Position numbers and translations under genes: made by a program. This document shows positions 1 through 11,025 of a stretch of 64,000 bases of DNA, in pieces; position 1 is the first letter of the stretch; each line of letters begins with the position of its first letter. The DNA lies in assembly GCF_024521635.1 (NCBI RefSeq), contig NW_026250421.1:496001-560000 (forward strand), in the 5' to 3' direction. Source of the DNA: Tricharina praecox (taxonomy: Eukaryota). The notes under the pieces were generated by a model. It was not told the DNA's origin. It searched no databases and saw only the letters and a list, made by a program, of their open reading frames with translations.

Positions 1-2912
1 GGAGGTTTGTAGGTTTGTAGGTTTGAATCTGAAGAATTCTCCATAGCTATTGTCCGACCTGTTTGGGCGGCGGAGCGCAGAGATAAAGCCAGGATGCATT
101 GTTTGACACGGCATTATATCCCGTTAATCGGTCCTGATGGAAACCCATTAATCGGTCCCGATGGCAACCGTAGATACTCTACTGAGAAGATCATATACTA
201 GTAGATTGAGATGATTACAGCAATGCAAGTATTCCCACGAGTTTCATTCCGCAATAGCAGTCTTTGAAGTTGATATATCCTTTGTTGGTTTAAAAACAGG
301 TGGAGCAGAACTGATCCGAACCACCGCTGGTGATTGCGATTGTGACGTTGTCTCACAGTTAACCTCCGGACCTTTGACGGCGAGAAGGCGTTGTTTTCTT
401 ACTCGGCCAGATTAGGCACTGGGCGGAATGCTCGGACTTCATACGCATGTGTGATACTTATTGCGGGTCGATGAATCGCAAGAGGGTGACAAAGGAGGCA
501 GTCCGGCACGAACAGGAGATCGAAATTAACCTACTGCTACAGACACAACCCGTAGCGATTAAGAGGACGTACTTCTGAGTCTGAAATTTAGATCCTGCCG
601 CTCACTCCACTTAGTCGTTCATAATCCTTCTACCGATCTAAGTACATACTAGCGAATCCATAGTGAAGCTGTATTCCATCGTTATAAACGGTCGAGTACG
701 GTAGTGCCCACATCTCTAATCGATTGCGTCCAGGGCTATTGTGCAGCCTCGCAGATCTATTTATGTTATTCGTTCAAACATGAAAGACGTCGCACCAGAT
801 CCATAATCGATTCAGAGCACACGGCTTGCCACTATTCGCTCGCTCGATCAACGCAGCCATCCAGTGTTGTATCGTCAGATCTTATCCATCGCGGTAGCCC
901 GGGCATCCACCACTGCATAAACATCGAATTCATGTCTCCAGCACGGAAAAAACCCGCGAGGTCTAGGACACGACTACTAGACCACGCAATCGGCGAGAGT
1001 AGCTGATGGAAAATTCCCGGTCAAACCCGGGTCAAAGACCTTCGTATTCGGTCAGCTCTTGGAATTTCCATTTGGAGCCACCCACTGCGTACCGGAGGTG
1101 GTAACGGTTTTTGGTTTTGGTTTTGGTTTTGTTTGCGGCGTGACGGGAGGAGGGAGGGAGCACTAGTCGTGCGGATATCACTCAGTTGAGTTATCACGTG
1201 ACAAGTCTTGCGCTGCTGGCTGTGGAGGCGAGAATCCTTCGTGATAAACGTGGTGGTATTCTTAAATACATACCAACGGCCACAGGTTACAGGTGAGATG
1301 TGCGGATGAAACAGAGCCGGCACTCCAGTCAGAGGGTTGGAGTGCATGTTTTCTCAACCTCCGGTGCGCGTCCGAGACGTTGTGGCGGAGTGATTGAGGA
1401 ACTATCGGCGAGAGCCTGGAGGAGGAAGTGAGTGAGGACTCACCACTCAGGCTGTCGGCGGGAGGAAACTAATGTGGTTACCTAGATGCTCGAAGAGAGT
1501 GCTGGAGAGAAATTGCATTTACTGCTAGCTGGTTCAGCCAGCCAACTACGCTGGCGCGGTGTGATCTGCTGCTTGGTAGGTAGCAGGTACTCGAAATTGG
1601 AAACTGGAAAGCCTCGAATACCGTAGTTGTATCTACCATCAAGACCTACTACTCTACATAGCAGTGCTTTATTCGCTCACAATCCGCGCACCATCATGGA
1701 TGGTAGCGTCGCTCCCACCAGCAACATTAACGACGGTGATCTGGCGCGCGGATAATGCTACCGGTAGTTAGTAGTACCCTTCCGCGCGGCAAAGAAGCAC
1801 ACGACACCACGTGCTCTCCAAAGTTCGGTATCGAAGCACTTCCACCGCCCGCCGCGTTACCGGCACTAGCAGGACCCGATACCGATAGACCTGTATGGCG
1901 CATCGATACGTTAGATTCGGTCGATCGAGACCAGTTCCTGCCCATGTTTGCCCGGGCGCCCGGGTTCTTGGGGGCCCGGGTGCCGGCGTGTAACGTGAAG
2001 GCAATGAATTATGGAGCCACAATACCTTCGATACCTTCGATACCTTCGATCGGGCAGTGCGGTTCTTCCGGTCCCTGGAGCCACAGTCCAGTCACTCATC
2101 AGACATCAGCTGAGTTGGGCTTTACCCGGTATGCATACCTATTTGTTTACCATGTAGGTACGCACCGAGGTTGTCGAGGTTATTGGCAGCGGGTCGGAGA
2201 TTCCGGATATAAAGTACCTACATCCTACCTACATAATGTGGTTGTACAGCGGCTACCTACCGGTATTCCCGAGCTTACGCCATCGCTCTCACCATCCTCA
2301 CGCATCTGCGTCCTCCCGCTATCACTCGTCCCCGAGGTCCGAATGTGCGAGGTTACCTACCTTATTCTTAAGGCACGCAGGCTGTCTCATACGAGTACTC
2401 TGAACATTCCCTCTTATCTTTCAAGTTGCAGGCAGAAAAATATGTAGATTCTACATACCACTATTCACACCGTCCAATTTCCTCCATCCCCCAACCCCAG
2501 ATCCCCCAACCAACCAAGAAGCCGTCCAAAAAGTAGCTTTCAAACTTCAAACTTCAAATTTTTTATACTCCCCCGCAACCGCAACACCGAAGGCAATCCC
2601 AGTAGAAGAAAAGAACATAAGAAAAGGAACATGAGAAATATTGAGTGGAGCGAGTGTGGTACTACGGGCCTATCGAACCCAGAGACAGAAAAAACAACAA
2701 AGTGAGAATCAATGCAAGTGAGATAATAATGAATAAAAAAAAACACCACAAAAACTCCCGCCAGCAAAAACCGATCAAGCCAAAACGAGAGCAAAAGAAA
2801 AAAAAACAGACAAAAGAAAAAGAAAAAAAAAGAAACCTCTAGGGAATAGAAATAGAAAAATGACAATGTATAACGAGTTACTAACTCCGGATGATGTTGT
2901 GGCATGCAAACT

Positions 2913-4733
2913 TTATTGTGGTCTATAAGCCGGCAATTCCTCAGCGCAAAGACTCTCCAGCTCGCGTTCGACCCCCCACTTGGTGGTGTGTCCACGCTTG
3001 ATCCGCTCCTCTTCGAGAGACCGTTGTATCTCGGCCATGATCTTGCTCAATATAGCCTGCTCCAGTATCGTTCCCTGGGTTCCCGCGGGCATCCGGAATT
3101 TTGGTGGCGCTTGGCGGTCGCGCCACGATGCCTCGCGTGCGCGGAGCGTCTCCTTCTCCTTTTGGGCCGACGCGGTGGGCGCTGGTGGAGCCGCACGCGC
3201 TGCTGTAGCAGCGGCAGGAGTAGATACACGTGGAGGAGGGGGATATGTGATGTCGGCGGTAGCGATCGAGTCTGTGGGGGACGCAGGCCGTTGTAACGTG
3301 ATGGGCACAGTGGGCGTGCCGGGGCGGAGCAGGGGACGAAGGGGGAGTGTAGGTTTCGAGTCCGAATCGTAGTCGATGGAATCTTCGCGAACGCGGCGGA
3401 AGCTGGCCGGCGGACGCTCGCAGTAGCCCTCCTCGATGGCACATTCGCTCGAGGCGGCGGATGTTTCAGGTGTGGTTTCGGTGGATGTCTCTGGGGTCTC
3501 GGTCTGATCACCCTTCTCTTTCTTTTTCCGGAGGTCTACGACCCTGTGCTTCTTCCTTCGTCGGCCCGGCGCACCGGCCGGAGCGACGTGTCTGCCAGAG
3601 TGCGATGAGACGAGACTGGGGCGTAGAGACGACCCGTTGCTGATGGTGCTCTGTGTTTCAACCGCCTCCCCGGTCTCCGAGAAGTCATACGTGCGAGTGG
3701 TGTTGATGGCCGGGGTGGTTGGGGCATCCAGCGCACCGGGACGATCCCAGATGGTGACGTTGTGGTTCGTTCCCGACGCCCAGGCCCTGAACACTACATC
3801 GCTGATCGACGGCGTTTCTAGCGACAGCGTCTTCTGCGAATCCACTAGTGACGCCAACTTGAGCAGGTTCTTCTGCGAGAACATGGTCGGCGGCACGTCA
3901 GAATTCTCGGCAGGGGTCAGCAGTGGATTCACGAATTGATCCTCATCCTCCTCATCCCCGTCCGATGACGACGTATGGCGCAAGGGTTTCGAGGGGGCCG
4001 TGGCCTCGTCGTCCAGTGAGGCAGCATACTCCGGGTTCCAGAGCTTCAGGGAAAGCCGATGCACGGCGACGGGCAGGTCCTCCTGGAAGATGCGGCGGAC
4101 CTGTCTCTCAATCTCCTTCTGCAGGTAATCGGCGATGAACGGGATCGAGTCGAAGGTAGACGAAACCTTCAGGGATTCGAGAGGGTCATTTCGGAACACC
4201 AAGGTGATACCCTTGGCTTTCGAAAAGACGAGGATAACGAAACCCGACAGCTTAAAATGGCTCAAAGTGATCTGGACCGGAATGGTTAGGGGCGAGCTGG
4301 CGGCAACAGGGTCGGGCGATGTGAAGGACGGAGTCGTGGAAAGGTAGGTGTTTAACGGATTTGCCTTGATTTTCCGGTCAGCACACCCACACAGCCAACC
4401 AACGAGAATAACTTCGGGGGAGAGGGGGAGTGGTGGTTGGGAAGGGTAACGAACCTGAACTTTCGTCCGCAAAGTCAAACACGCGTCTCCATCGTAGCTC
4501 ATGCGAAATATCCCCCTGAACCGATCTTCTGCGATATCTCCAATCTCGAGAATCTCCAAGTCCGGTGCGGCTCCGCCGAGGTTCAAGTCGTCCACGAGGA
4601 TGTCATCGACGATGATGGGGGGCTTCTCCGACTTGTTTAGCGCGGCGGTGAGAAGGGATTTCGCATGATCGTAGAAGGCGGAGGATGAAGTGGAGGAGGT
4701 TGACAATGGCGACCAGTTGAAGTTAAAAGCCAT
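2913..4733 (-). CDS. MDM34: Mitochondrial distribution and morphology protein 34 (ERMES subunit, SMP domain); one intron at 4365-4454
   Basis: N-terminus MAFNFNW, LEILEIGDIAEDRFRGIF, KVQANPLNTY after splicing, and GITLVFRNDPLESLKVSSTFDSIPF are characteristic of Mdm34. The intron GTTCGT...GCTGAC...AAG is 90 nt and removes the 30-aa insert VRYP...RKIK. Confidence 0.95.
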   Translation of the reverse strand: MAFNFNWSPLSTSSTSSSAFYDHAKSLLTAALNKSEKPPIIVDDILVDDLNLGGAAPDLEILEIGDIAEDRFRGIFRMSYDGDACLTLRTKVQVRYPSQPPLPLSPEVILVGWLCGCADRKIKANPLNTYLSTTPSFTSPDPVAASSPLTIPVQITLSHFKLSGFVILVFSKAKGITLVFRNDPLESLKVSSTFDSIPFIADYLQKEIERQVRRIFQEDLPVAVHRLSLKLWNPEYAASLDDEATAPSKPLRHTSSSDGDEEDEDQFVNPLLTPAENSDVPPTMFSQKNLLKLASLVDSQKTLSLETPSISDVVFRAWASGTNHNVTIWDRPGALDAPTTPAINTTRTYDFSETGEAVETQSTISNGSSLRPSLVSSHSGRHVAPAGAPGRRRKKHRVVDLRKKKEKGDQTETPETSTETTPETSAASSECAIEEGYCERPPASFRRVREDSIDYDSDSKPTLPLRPLLRPGTPTVPITLQRPASPTDSIATADITYPPPPRVSTPAAATAARAAPPAPTASAQKEKETLRAREASWRDRQAPPKFRMPAGTQGTILEQAILSKIMAEIQRSLEEERIKRGHTTKWGVERELESLCAEELPAYRPQ

Positions 4734-7700
4734 TCTAGCTATTCATCGGAGGTGCGTTTGCGTGCGTATGGATCGGCGGCTCGAGTTCTGATTTTCGGGT
4801 TGGGGTTCGAGGTTGGAGGTGCTGTGTTGTGGCAGCGGCGATAAGGAGGAGAACGACGGTGGAGTGATTTTTCTTCTTCGATCACAATACGATGTTGAGG
4901 GGGGAGGGAGATGATGTAAAGAGTGAAGTTGGAGAGTTTTTTTTCTTGTGGGGGGGGTGGGTATGGGGGGGGGGAAGGATCTAGGTATGAGCACGAAGTA
5001 GTCTGACGAGAGGGTGGTATGGGTATGTGTAGTAGTGAGCGGGAAAAGATTGGCGAAGACGACTGGACGGGGACGGGTGAAAGATACTTTCCGGTCGGAG
5101 ACGGGGACTCTCGGCTGTCGTGTGAGTGGAGGAAGTGGGTAGTGTGGGACGAGCGTGGGACAGACGGACTTTGGAGGGCGAAAAGCGCATGCACCAATCA
5201 CGCGCGGCCAGCGAGGGACGGGCTTGGCTGACTAAGTGGACGGGCTGGCCACTAGCCACTGAAGAGGTTACTTCGGTAGCACTACCTGTTATCGACATCA
5301 TTCGACATGTGAGAGCGAGACCATCGACGCGAAGTCGGACAGGGTCCGAGACCGACCCTCCCGTCCGCCCCACCGACTGGAGTCGTGCGAGCGAGCGAGC
5401 GAGCTGAGAGCGACCCACCCCCACCGCCACCACCACTAGGTACGTTTCCCGCTTATGTTGCGGGGGTCGTCGTGAGGGAGCAGCTGTTTCAAACAGCTGG
5501 GCTGAGTGAAGGTACGTACCCTCAATCAACACCCCCCTCGAAACACCCATAGCTACCCCGCCATTCAACCCGCAGCTCGCGGGAACAAACCCCAGATCTC
5601 CAATCTCCCCGTTGCATTTCTATGTTACTCTGCATACCGTATCTGGCCCTTCCGACGAACCGCAAACCCCCCATCCAGCCGTCCCTCCATCTTGCTGTCT
5701 TCCTTCCTTCCAACATCTCCACCGGATTCCATCCGATCTCACTCCGCCCGAAAAGAAGAAAAAAACCAGAACCTGCAAAACGAACGAACGAAATAAGAAA
5801 CGAGCCTACAGATGTCTGCGCAGTGCCAGGTTGCCAACGGGCGCGGGATTGACAAAAACAAAACCCCACCCAGGCGAAAATCCCCAGCAAACCAATCGTC
5901 GTCCTGCATCTTCCGCAACCACCAGCAAAAAAGTCTGCAGTGCAGGCATACACATGCAAGCTGCAGAATGCAGACTGCTTCAGAATAAACCCGCGCTAGC
6001 CAGCACTCCCGAATCCCGATTTGCCGCCTCATAGTTGACCATCGAGCAAATCATAAAACGACGAACGACGAGCGGGAGAGTGACTTTCGGATCTACTCTG
6101 CATCTGGTGCTGAGCGCAGTACTTAGCAGGTGCTAGTTAGGCCTGCGGCCGAGGGGGAAGCGGAGGTGATCGTCCGTAAGTACTTAACTTGCGTTTATTT
6201 CGCATTTGCAATAAGTCCATATCGTCAATGTCGTGTGCTTCCTCCGGGCCGGTGCCGGTGCGGGAAGGGACGGCGCGCCCGGGACGAATCCGCTGGCTAG
6301 ATAGCTGGTGATTCCTGCTGAGGATGGCGATCCGGATCCCTATCTAAGTATCATTATCGAATCGACGACCAGCGCGGCGTCGAGTATGTGCGATCAGCAG
6401 ACAGCGAACGAACTCACAGCCAAAAGCCTGTCCACCTCCATACCTCCCCAGTGTCCCCACTATTTTACCCCGCATACCTATGGCATGACATAAACGACAA
6501 AACACGTTACTAGCGCGGCGAACAGACCACCGCTTCTCACTCACATTGGAAATTCGAATTCGGTTGGCTCGGAGATTTTCTGTGTTGTTTGTTGCTACTA
6601 CATAGAGAATTGAATTCGACATATATACCGCAATACCGCAATACTTGTCTGCTGGTGTCCACTTCTTTTGCCCGTGTTGGTTATCCCCGCTCGCGAGCAT
6701 GTCTGCGGGGCCCGTTTCAAAAACGTAGAATTGAAGCTCTGGAGTGGCCATGTCCCGCCAGATGACAGTACCTACTCGGCCGGCCTCGTACCATGGTCTT
6801 GCCATAGCACGGGAAGCTCCACTTCTTCCAGCGAGCCGGGAATCCTCATTCGACGAGTACGGGTAACTATCATAGAGTAACATCCGTACCTAATCTCACC
6901 CGGTGCAACGGTAGAGTACTCGTAGATGTATGTAGATGTACATACCAGATTGTGATCACATGTCAACGCACCCGATTCGATAAATTACCTCTCTTTCTCC
7001 TCATTATTGCCACCATACCTTCGCCGCAGGCCGCTACGGCGAGCGTGCGTTTACGGCGAGCGTGCGTTGGCAGTCGATGATCGCACGTGCATGTGACCAG
7101 CATCGCCTACATACATACATAGGAGGGGAGTCGGAGTGGGAGGGGGAGTGCGAGGGGGAGTGGGAGGTATAATGTATGTAGCTTATCCATACCTACCCGC
7201 TACCGCTATGTATGTACCAGCCCGCCGTTGAGTCGTTGACAGGCTGTGGCGAGCACCACGTAGCCGGGGGGGGCGGGGATCGGTGATGTTGATGGAGAAT
7301 TGGGTGCGGCGGGGGGAGGGGGGAGAGGGGGAGAGGGGGAGGGAGGGTAGTGATGGGTGATGATTCGGATGCGCGTGATGTGGTGATGGGGTGGGCCGAA
7401 TACGAATTTGGAGTGAGGGTTGTCGGTGGCAGGACTGACCCGGCGGCTGTCGCCCCGCCGGCCTGGGACCGACGAACGCCCGTTGCCGGGGCAGTTGCCA
7501 GTCGATTGCCAACTCTACTGCAGCTCCCGGCGACCGTCCGGCTGTGCATGAAAGGCCGACAATCCCACCGAAACGGATGGCCCGTTTGTAGGCATATGTA
7601 CCACTCCATCTGCAAGACCTATCTCTACATAACCAGACGGTTTGTTCAATTATTCTCGTAGATATACACTCATACTCTCATCATCGCTCATTCGGCTTCA

Positions 7701-8353
7701 CCGATAAACCTCAATCGGCGACGCTACTATAACTACGGTAATAGGACTAAAGTTCCCGCCGGACAGACAACGAAATGTCTCGCTAAGGCTTCCCGGAAGC
7801 GCATAGTCAATCCGCCAAATGTCCAGACCCCAGGGACTCCGTCGCCGTTGCAGCCTATGTACATACCCATCGCACGGGGTTCTGTGGAGTCTGACCCGGC
7901 CACTAGATCAACTAAAAGGTCGGTATATATGTCGGCGGAGGGATTCCACGGCGGTAGGCGATACATTTATTAGAGGTGTATTCGATCATGGCCATCATGA
8001 CCGGTATACGGTACCAATCGGATGAACGTTGACGATTTCAGCTGTTCGATTACCACTGCCTGGAATGATCGGGGCCAGTTTCTCTCCCTCTCATCAACAT
8101 CAGTACAGAAAGGATATGTAGATACAGAGCTTACTACTACGGCTTCTCTCCACAGCGGATAGTTACAGTAAACCTGAAGATTCAAGACAGCTAAAGATTT
8201 CATAACCCACTACACTCCCATATCCTTCCGTCCATCCTCCACCTTCAAACAAACAAGTTACATAGTACAAAAACAGCACTTTCCGCCAATATATGTCCTC
8301 CCACACGGTGTCCGCTATCCCTCTAAGTAGCCTATAGTATTTCCGAGCCAACG

Positions 8354-9970
8354 TCAAGTCTCTTCGGTCTCTCCGGTCTCTCCGGTCTCTCCAGCCTCTC
8401 TATTGTCCCAGAACTTCAACTGATCCCAGTAGCGCTCGCACGCCCACGTGTAGCCTAAGTCTTCCAGGGAGCCCTCAACCGGATCGGGGAGGAACTCGAA
8501 GCTGCAATCAGCATAGTACTTGAGACTCTGCAACCTGAGTTTCGCGCCGAGCGCCGTCCCGATCGTCGCCATATTCAGGAACATAGTGAACGTCGGCGCC
8601 GCCAGGTTAGTCTCGGGGATGAGACGCAAGCTCTCGACCTCAGCCAGGACGTTCCTGGACTGCGTCCTGACCTGGAACTTCAGCAGCTCGACGTCGACGG
8701 TGTTCGGCAGATTGCAGACCCTGAGGCATCGCGTGGCGCCCTCGCGCAGGATCCCGCGGGAAACATCGACCTTGATAGGTTCATGACCTCCCTTGGCACG
8801 GGGGATGGCCTCAACCGTGCTGACTATGCCATTGTGCGCCCAGTAGACGCCGCCCTGCTCCCTACAGAACTTGACGTACTTGGCGGCCTCTTCCGCGACG
8901 ACGAAGAACGCGCCGACGCACGTGCGGCCCTGGTAGTCGTGGAAATCGACGCGCTCCAGCGCGCCCCCGCGGATGTTGTCGCAGATGGCGGCGAGCGTGG
9001 CCGTCACCGGAATCGGCTTCAGGAAGACCCCGCGCGAGTTCTTGAGGCTCGCCCGCCCGAACCGCGAACTCGGCCAGGTGTCGAGTGACGCCCCGAATGA
9101 GTCGAAGTAGGTGGCGTACTCGGTCCGCGGCCGCGGGTGCAGCCCCAGAGTTATTCCGCGCGGAAGCGTCCAGCTGTGCTGCGGCGGAACGGGCAAGGGA
9201 TGGCTGGGGCCCGAGAACCGCTCCGCCTGAAAGTACCGCGGGTCGAGCGCGGGGATGTACGGACAGGCGGCGCGGAGCAGCGAAGCGGGAACCTGCTTGG
9301 GGCCGGTCGGGGTTCGCCGGTCAAATCTGTTGATTTGACTGCGCTGTTCCTCGGGGTAGACTTGCCACTCATTCCTCTCCGCCCGTGAAGGCGAGTCGTC
9401 CATCGGATGATGGGTCCACGGCAGCGGGGTGAGACCTCCAGTAATGGTCTCGTCAACCACATCCCATCCACTGTGCCCCGACTCCGCTTCATTCCCACTC
9501 TCGCTCACCAGGAACCGCTCACCAGGTGTCGCCGTGGAGCACCTCAGACCCAGCGCCTTGTCGCACCAGCTGCTGTGTCTCGGTTGCGGCGGCGCCATGC
9601 AGGCCGGAATAGTAGTCATTGACGGCGGGCTAGGCGGTCCGACCTTCAAAACCCCCCACAAGTGGGCAAGAATGTGGTCGATGTCTTCGCCTCTGTACGT
9701 GTGATGCACCGTGTGATGCGTGATTGGATTCGGGTCGTTCAGGGCCTTGACGTAGGCACACGCTGGATCAGTACACTCCTCGGCGGCTCGATTTCCAGCC
9801 GGGGTTTCGCTCGTGCCGATGGCGTCGACGGGAGCAAACGGACGGATGGCTTCGAGTCCGGAAGGGACCAAGGGAGACATTCTTGACTTAACTGCAGTCG
9901 GACGGGTACCAGTAACCGGAAAACCTTGTCGGCGCATGAAGGCGGGAGCGGTAGGAATGATTGGAGACAT
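8354..9970 (-). CDS. Hypothetical protein with C-terminal tandem RRM-like region
   Basis: Long uninterrupted ORF with first ATG at 9970 (true start uncertain). The C-terminal RGVFL...ICDNIRGGALERV...AFFV...EEAAKY and GATRCLRVCNLP pattern resembles fungal degenerate tandem RRM proteins. The 3' half has GC-rich coding-like codon usage. Confidence 0.65.
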   Translation of the reverse strand: MSPIIPTAPAFMRRQGFPVTGTRPTAVKSRMSPLVPSGLEAIRPFAPVDAIGTSETPAGNRAAEECTDPACAYVKALNDPNPITHHTVHHTYRGEDIDHILAHLWGVLKVGPPSPPSMTTIPACMAPPQPRHSSWCDKALGLRCSTATPGERFLVSESGNEAESGHSGWDVVDETITGGLTPLPWTHHPMDDSPSRAERNEWQVYPEEQRSQINRFDRRTPTGPKQVPASLLRAACPYIPALDPRYFQAERFSGPSHPLPVPPQHSWTLPRGITLGLHPRPRTEYATYFDSFGASLDTWPSSRFGRASLKNSRGVFLKPIPVTATLAAICDNIRGGALERVDFHDYQGRTCVGAFFVVAEEAAKYVKFCREQGGVYWAHNGIVSTVEAIPRAKGGHEPIKVDVSRGILREGATRCLRVCNLPNTVDVELLKFQVRTQSRNVLAEVESLRLIPETNLAAPTFTMFLNMATIGTALGAKLRLQSLKYYADCSFEFLPDPVEGSLEDLGYTWACERYWDQLKFWDNREAGETGETGETEET

Positions 9971-11025
9971 CCCGATGCTTAAGCTTGACCAAGAGAGGTG
10001 TAGATGTAATAGAATCAAGATGTAGTAAAGAGCCGAACGGAAGGAGGTAAGCGCCGGAGTGGATGTGTCGGGAAGAAGGAAACGGGTAGAGTCGGAGACG
10101 GTGTTTATGAACGGGTCGAAGTGAGTCCAGTCGGTGGGACCTTACGGAGGTGCGAGTTGGCGCCGATATCACGCACGAAAATCCGGGTAGCAGCCTCAGC
10201 AACTTGAGGAGCCGCTTCCTGCGTCCGAAGGCTCCTGAATGCACCACAGCAAGCCGGCCTATGCTACTTTTTACGGTTCTGCATCTATTAGGACATTGGG
10301 ACAATCCCATGATTTACAACAGAATTACTACGGAATCACTATAGATGACTCCTCTTGAACGATGGGAAATCTTGACACAACTTCCAGCCGTAGCAAATGC
10401 AAACAAATCGCGACGCAGCACACATAATTGTCGAGTGATGCCTCATGCGCCGCCGACACAGTTCCTGTTATTTGTTTGGCAGGCAGCGGCGCCACATCGT
10501 GCTGGCTGGTAGTGGGATCTCAACCCTCGGCCAGCCAGAGTGGACAGGAAAGGAGTGCGATGGTTCGCCATAGTCCAGATAGGCTGCATGCGAAGTAAAC
10601 TGAAGATCTCTCTCTCTCCCACAAGGAACAGAATGCGCCAAACCTTCGCGGCTAATCACTCGTTCTACGATTTTGGGCGAGTGATGAATGATGGTACAAG
10701 CGTTTCTTGATCACTCACGACATGCAATTCTCTTCGAGGTCATTCTCTGAACTCTTCACCTCAAATTTTTGACGACTCAGTTTCAAGAACATCAATCAGC
10801 CCTTATCTCGGCACTCCATTTGCCCTAATCCCCCCCACCTCACGATCCCCATCAGCTTACCTCAAAACTTCATTTTCCCTCCTCGACCCCTCTATCCTCC
10901 CTCCATCTCTCCACCATCCTGCAACGTCACCACACCCAAGATGCATTTTCGACAACAAGTTGTCCCCCCTCCACCCCTCCATCCCCTAACAATCACTCCA
11001 CCATCCAACCACACCACGACCCACC

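Noticed and set aside
704..2447. ORFs of 100-230 aa at the window start
   Set aside because: No recognisable motifs or coding-like composition; they include a short ATACCTTCG tandem repeat. Treated as intergenic.
6344..6883. 179-aa minus-strand ORF
   Set aside because: No domain, signal peptide or splice support recognised; cannot be distinguished from chance.
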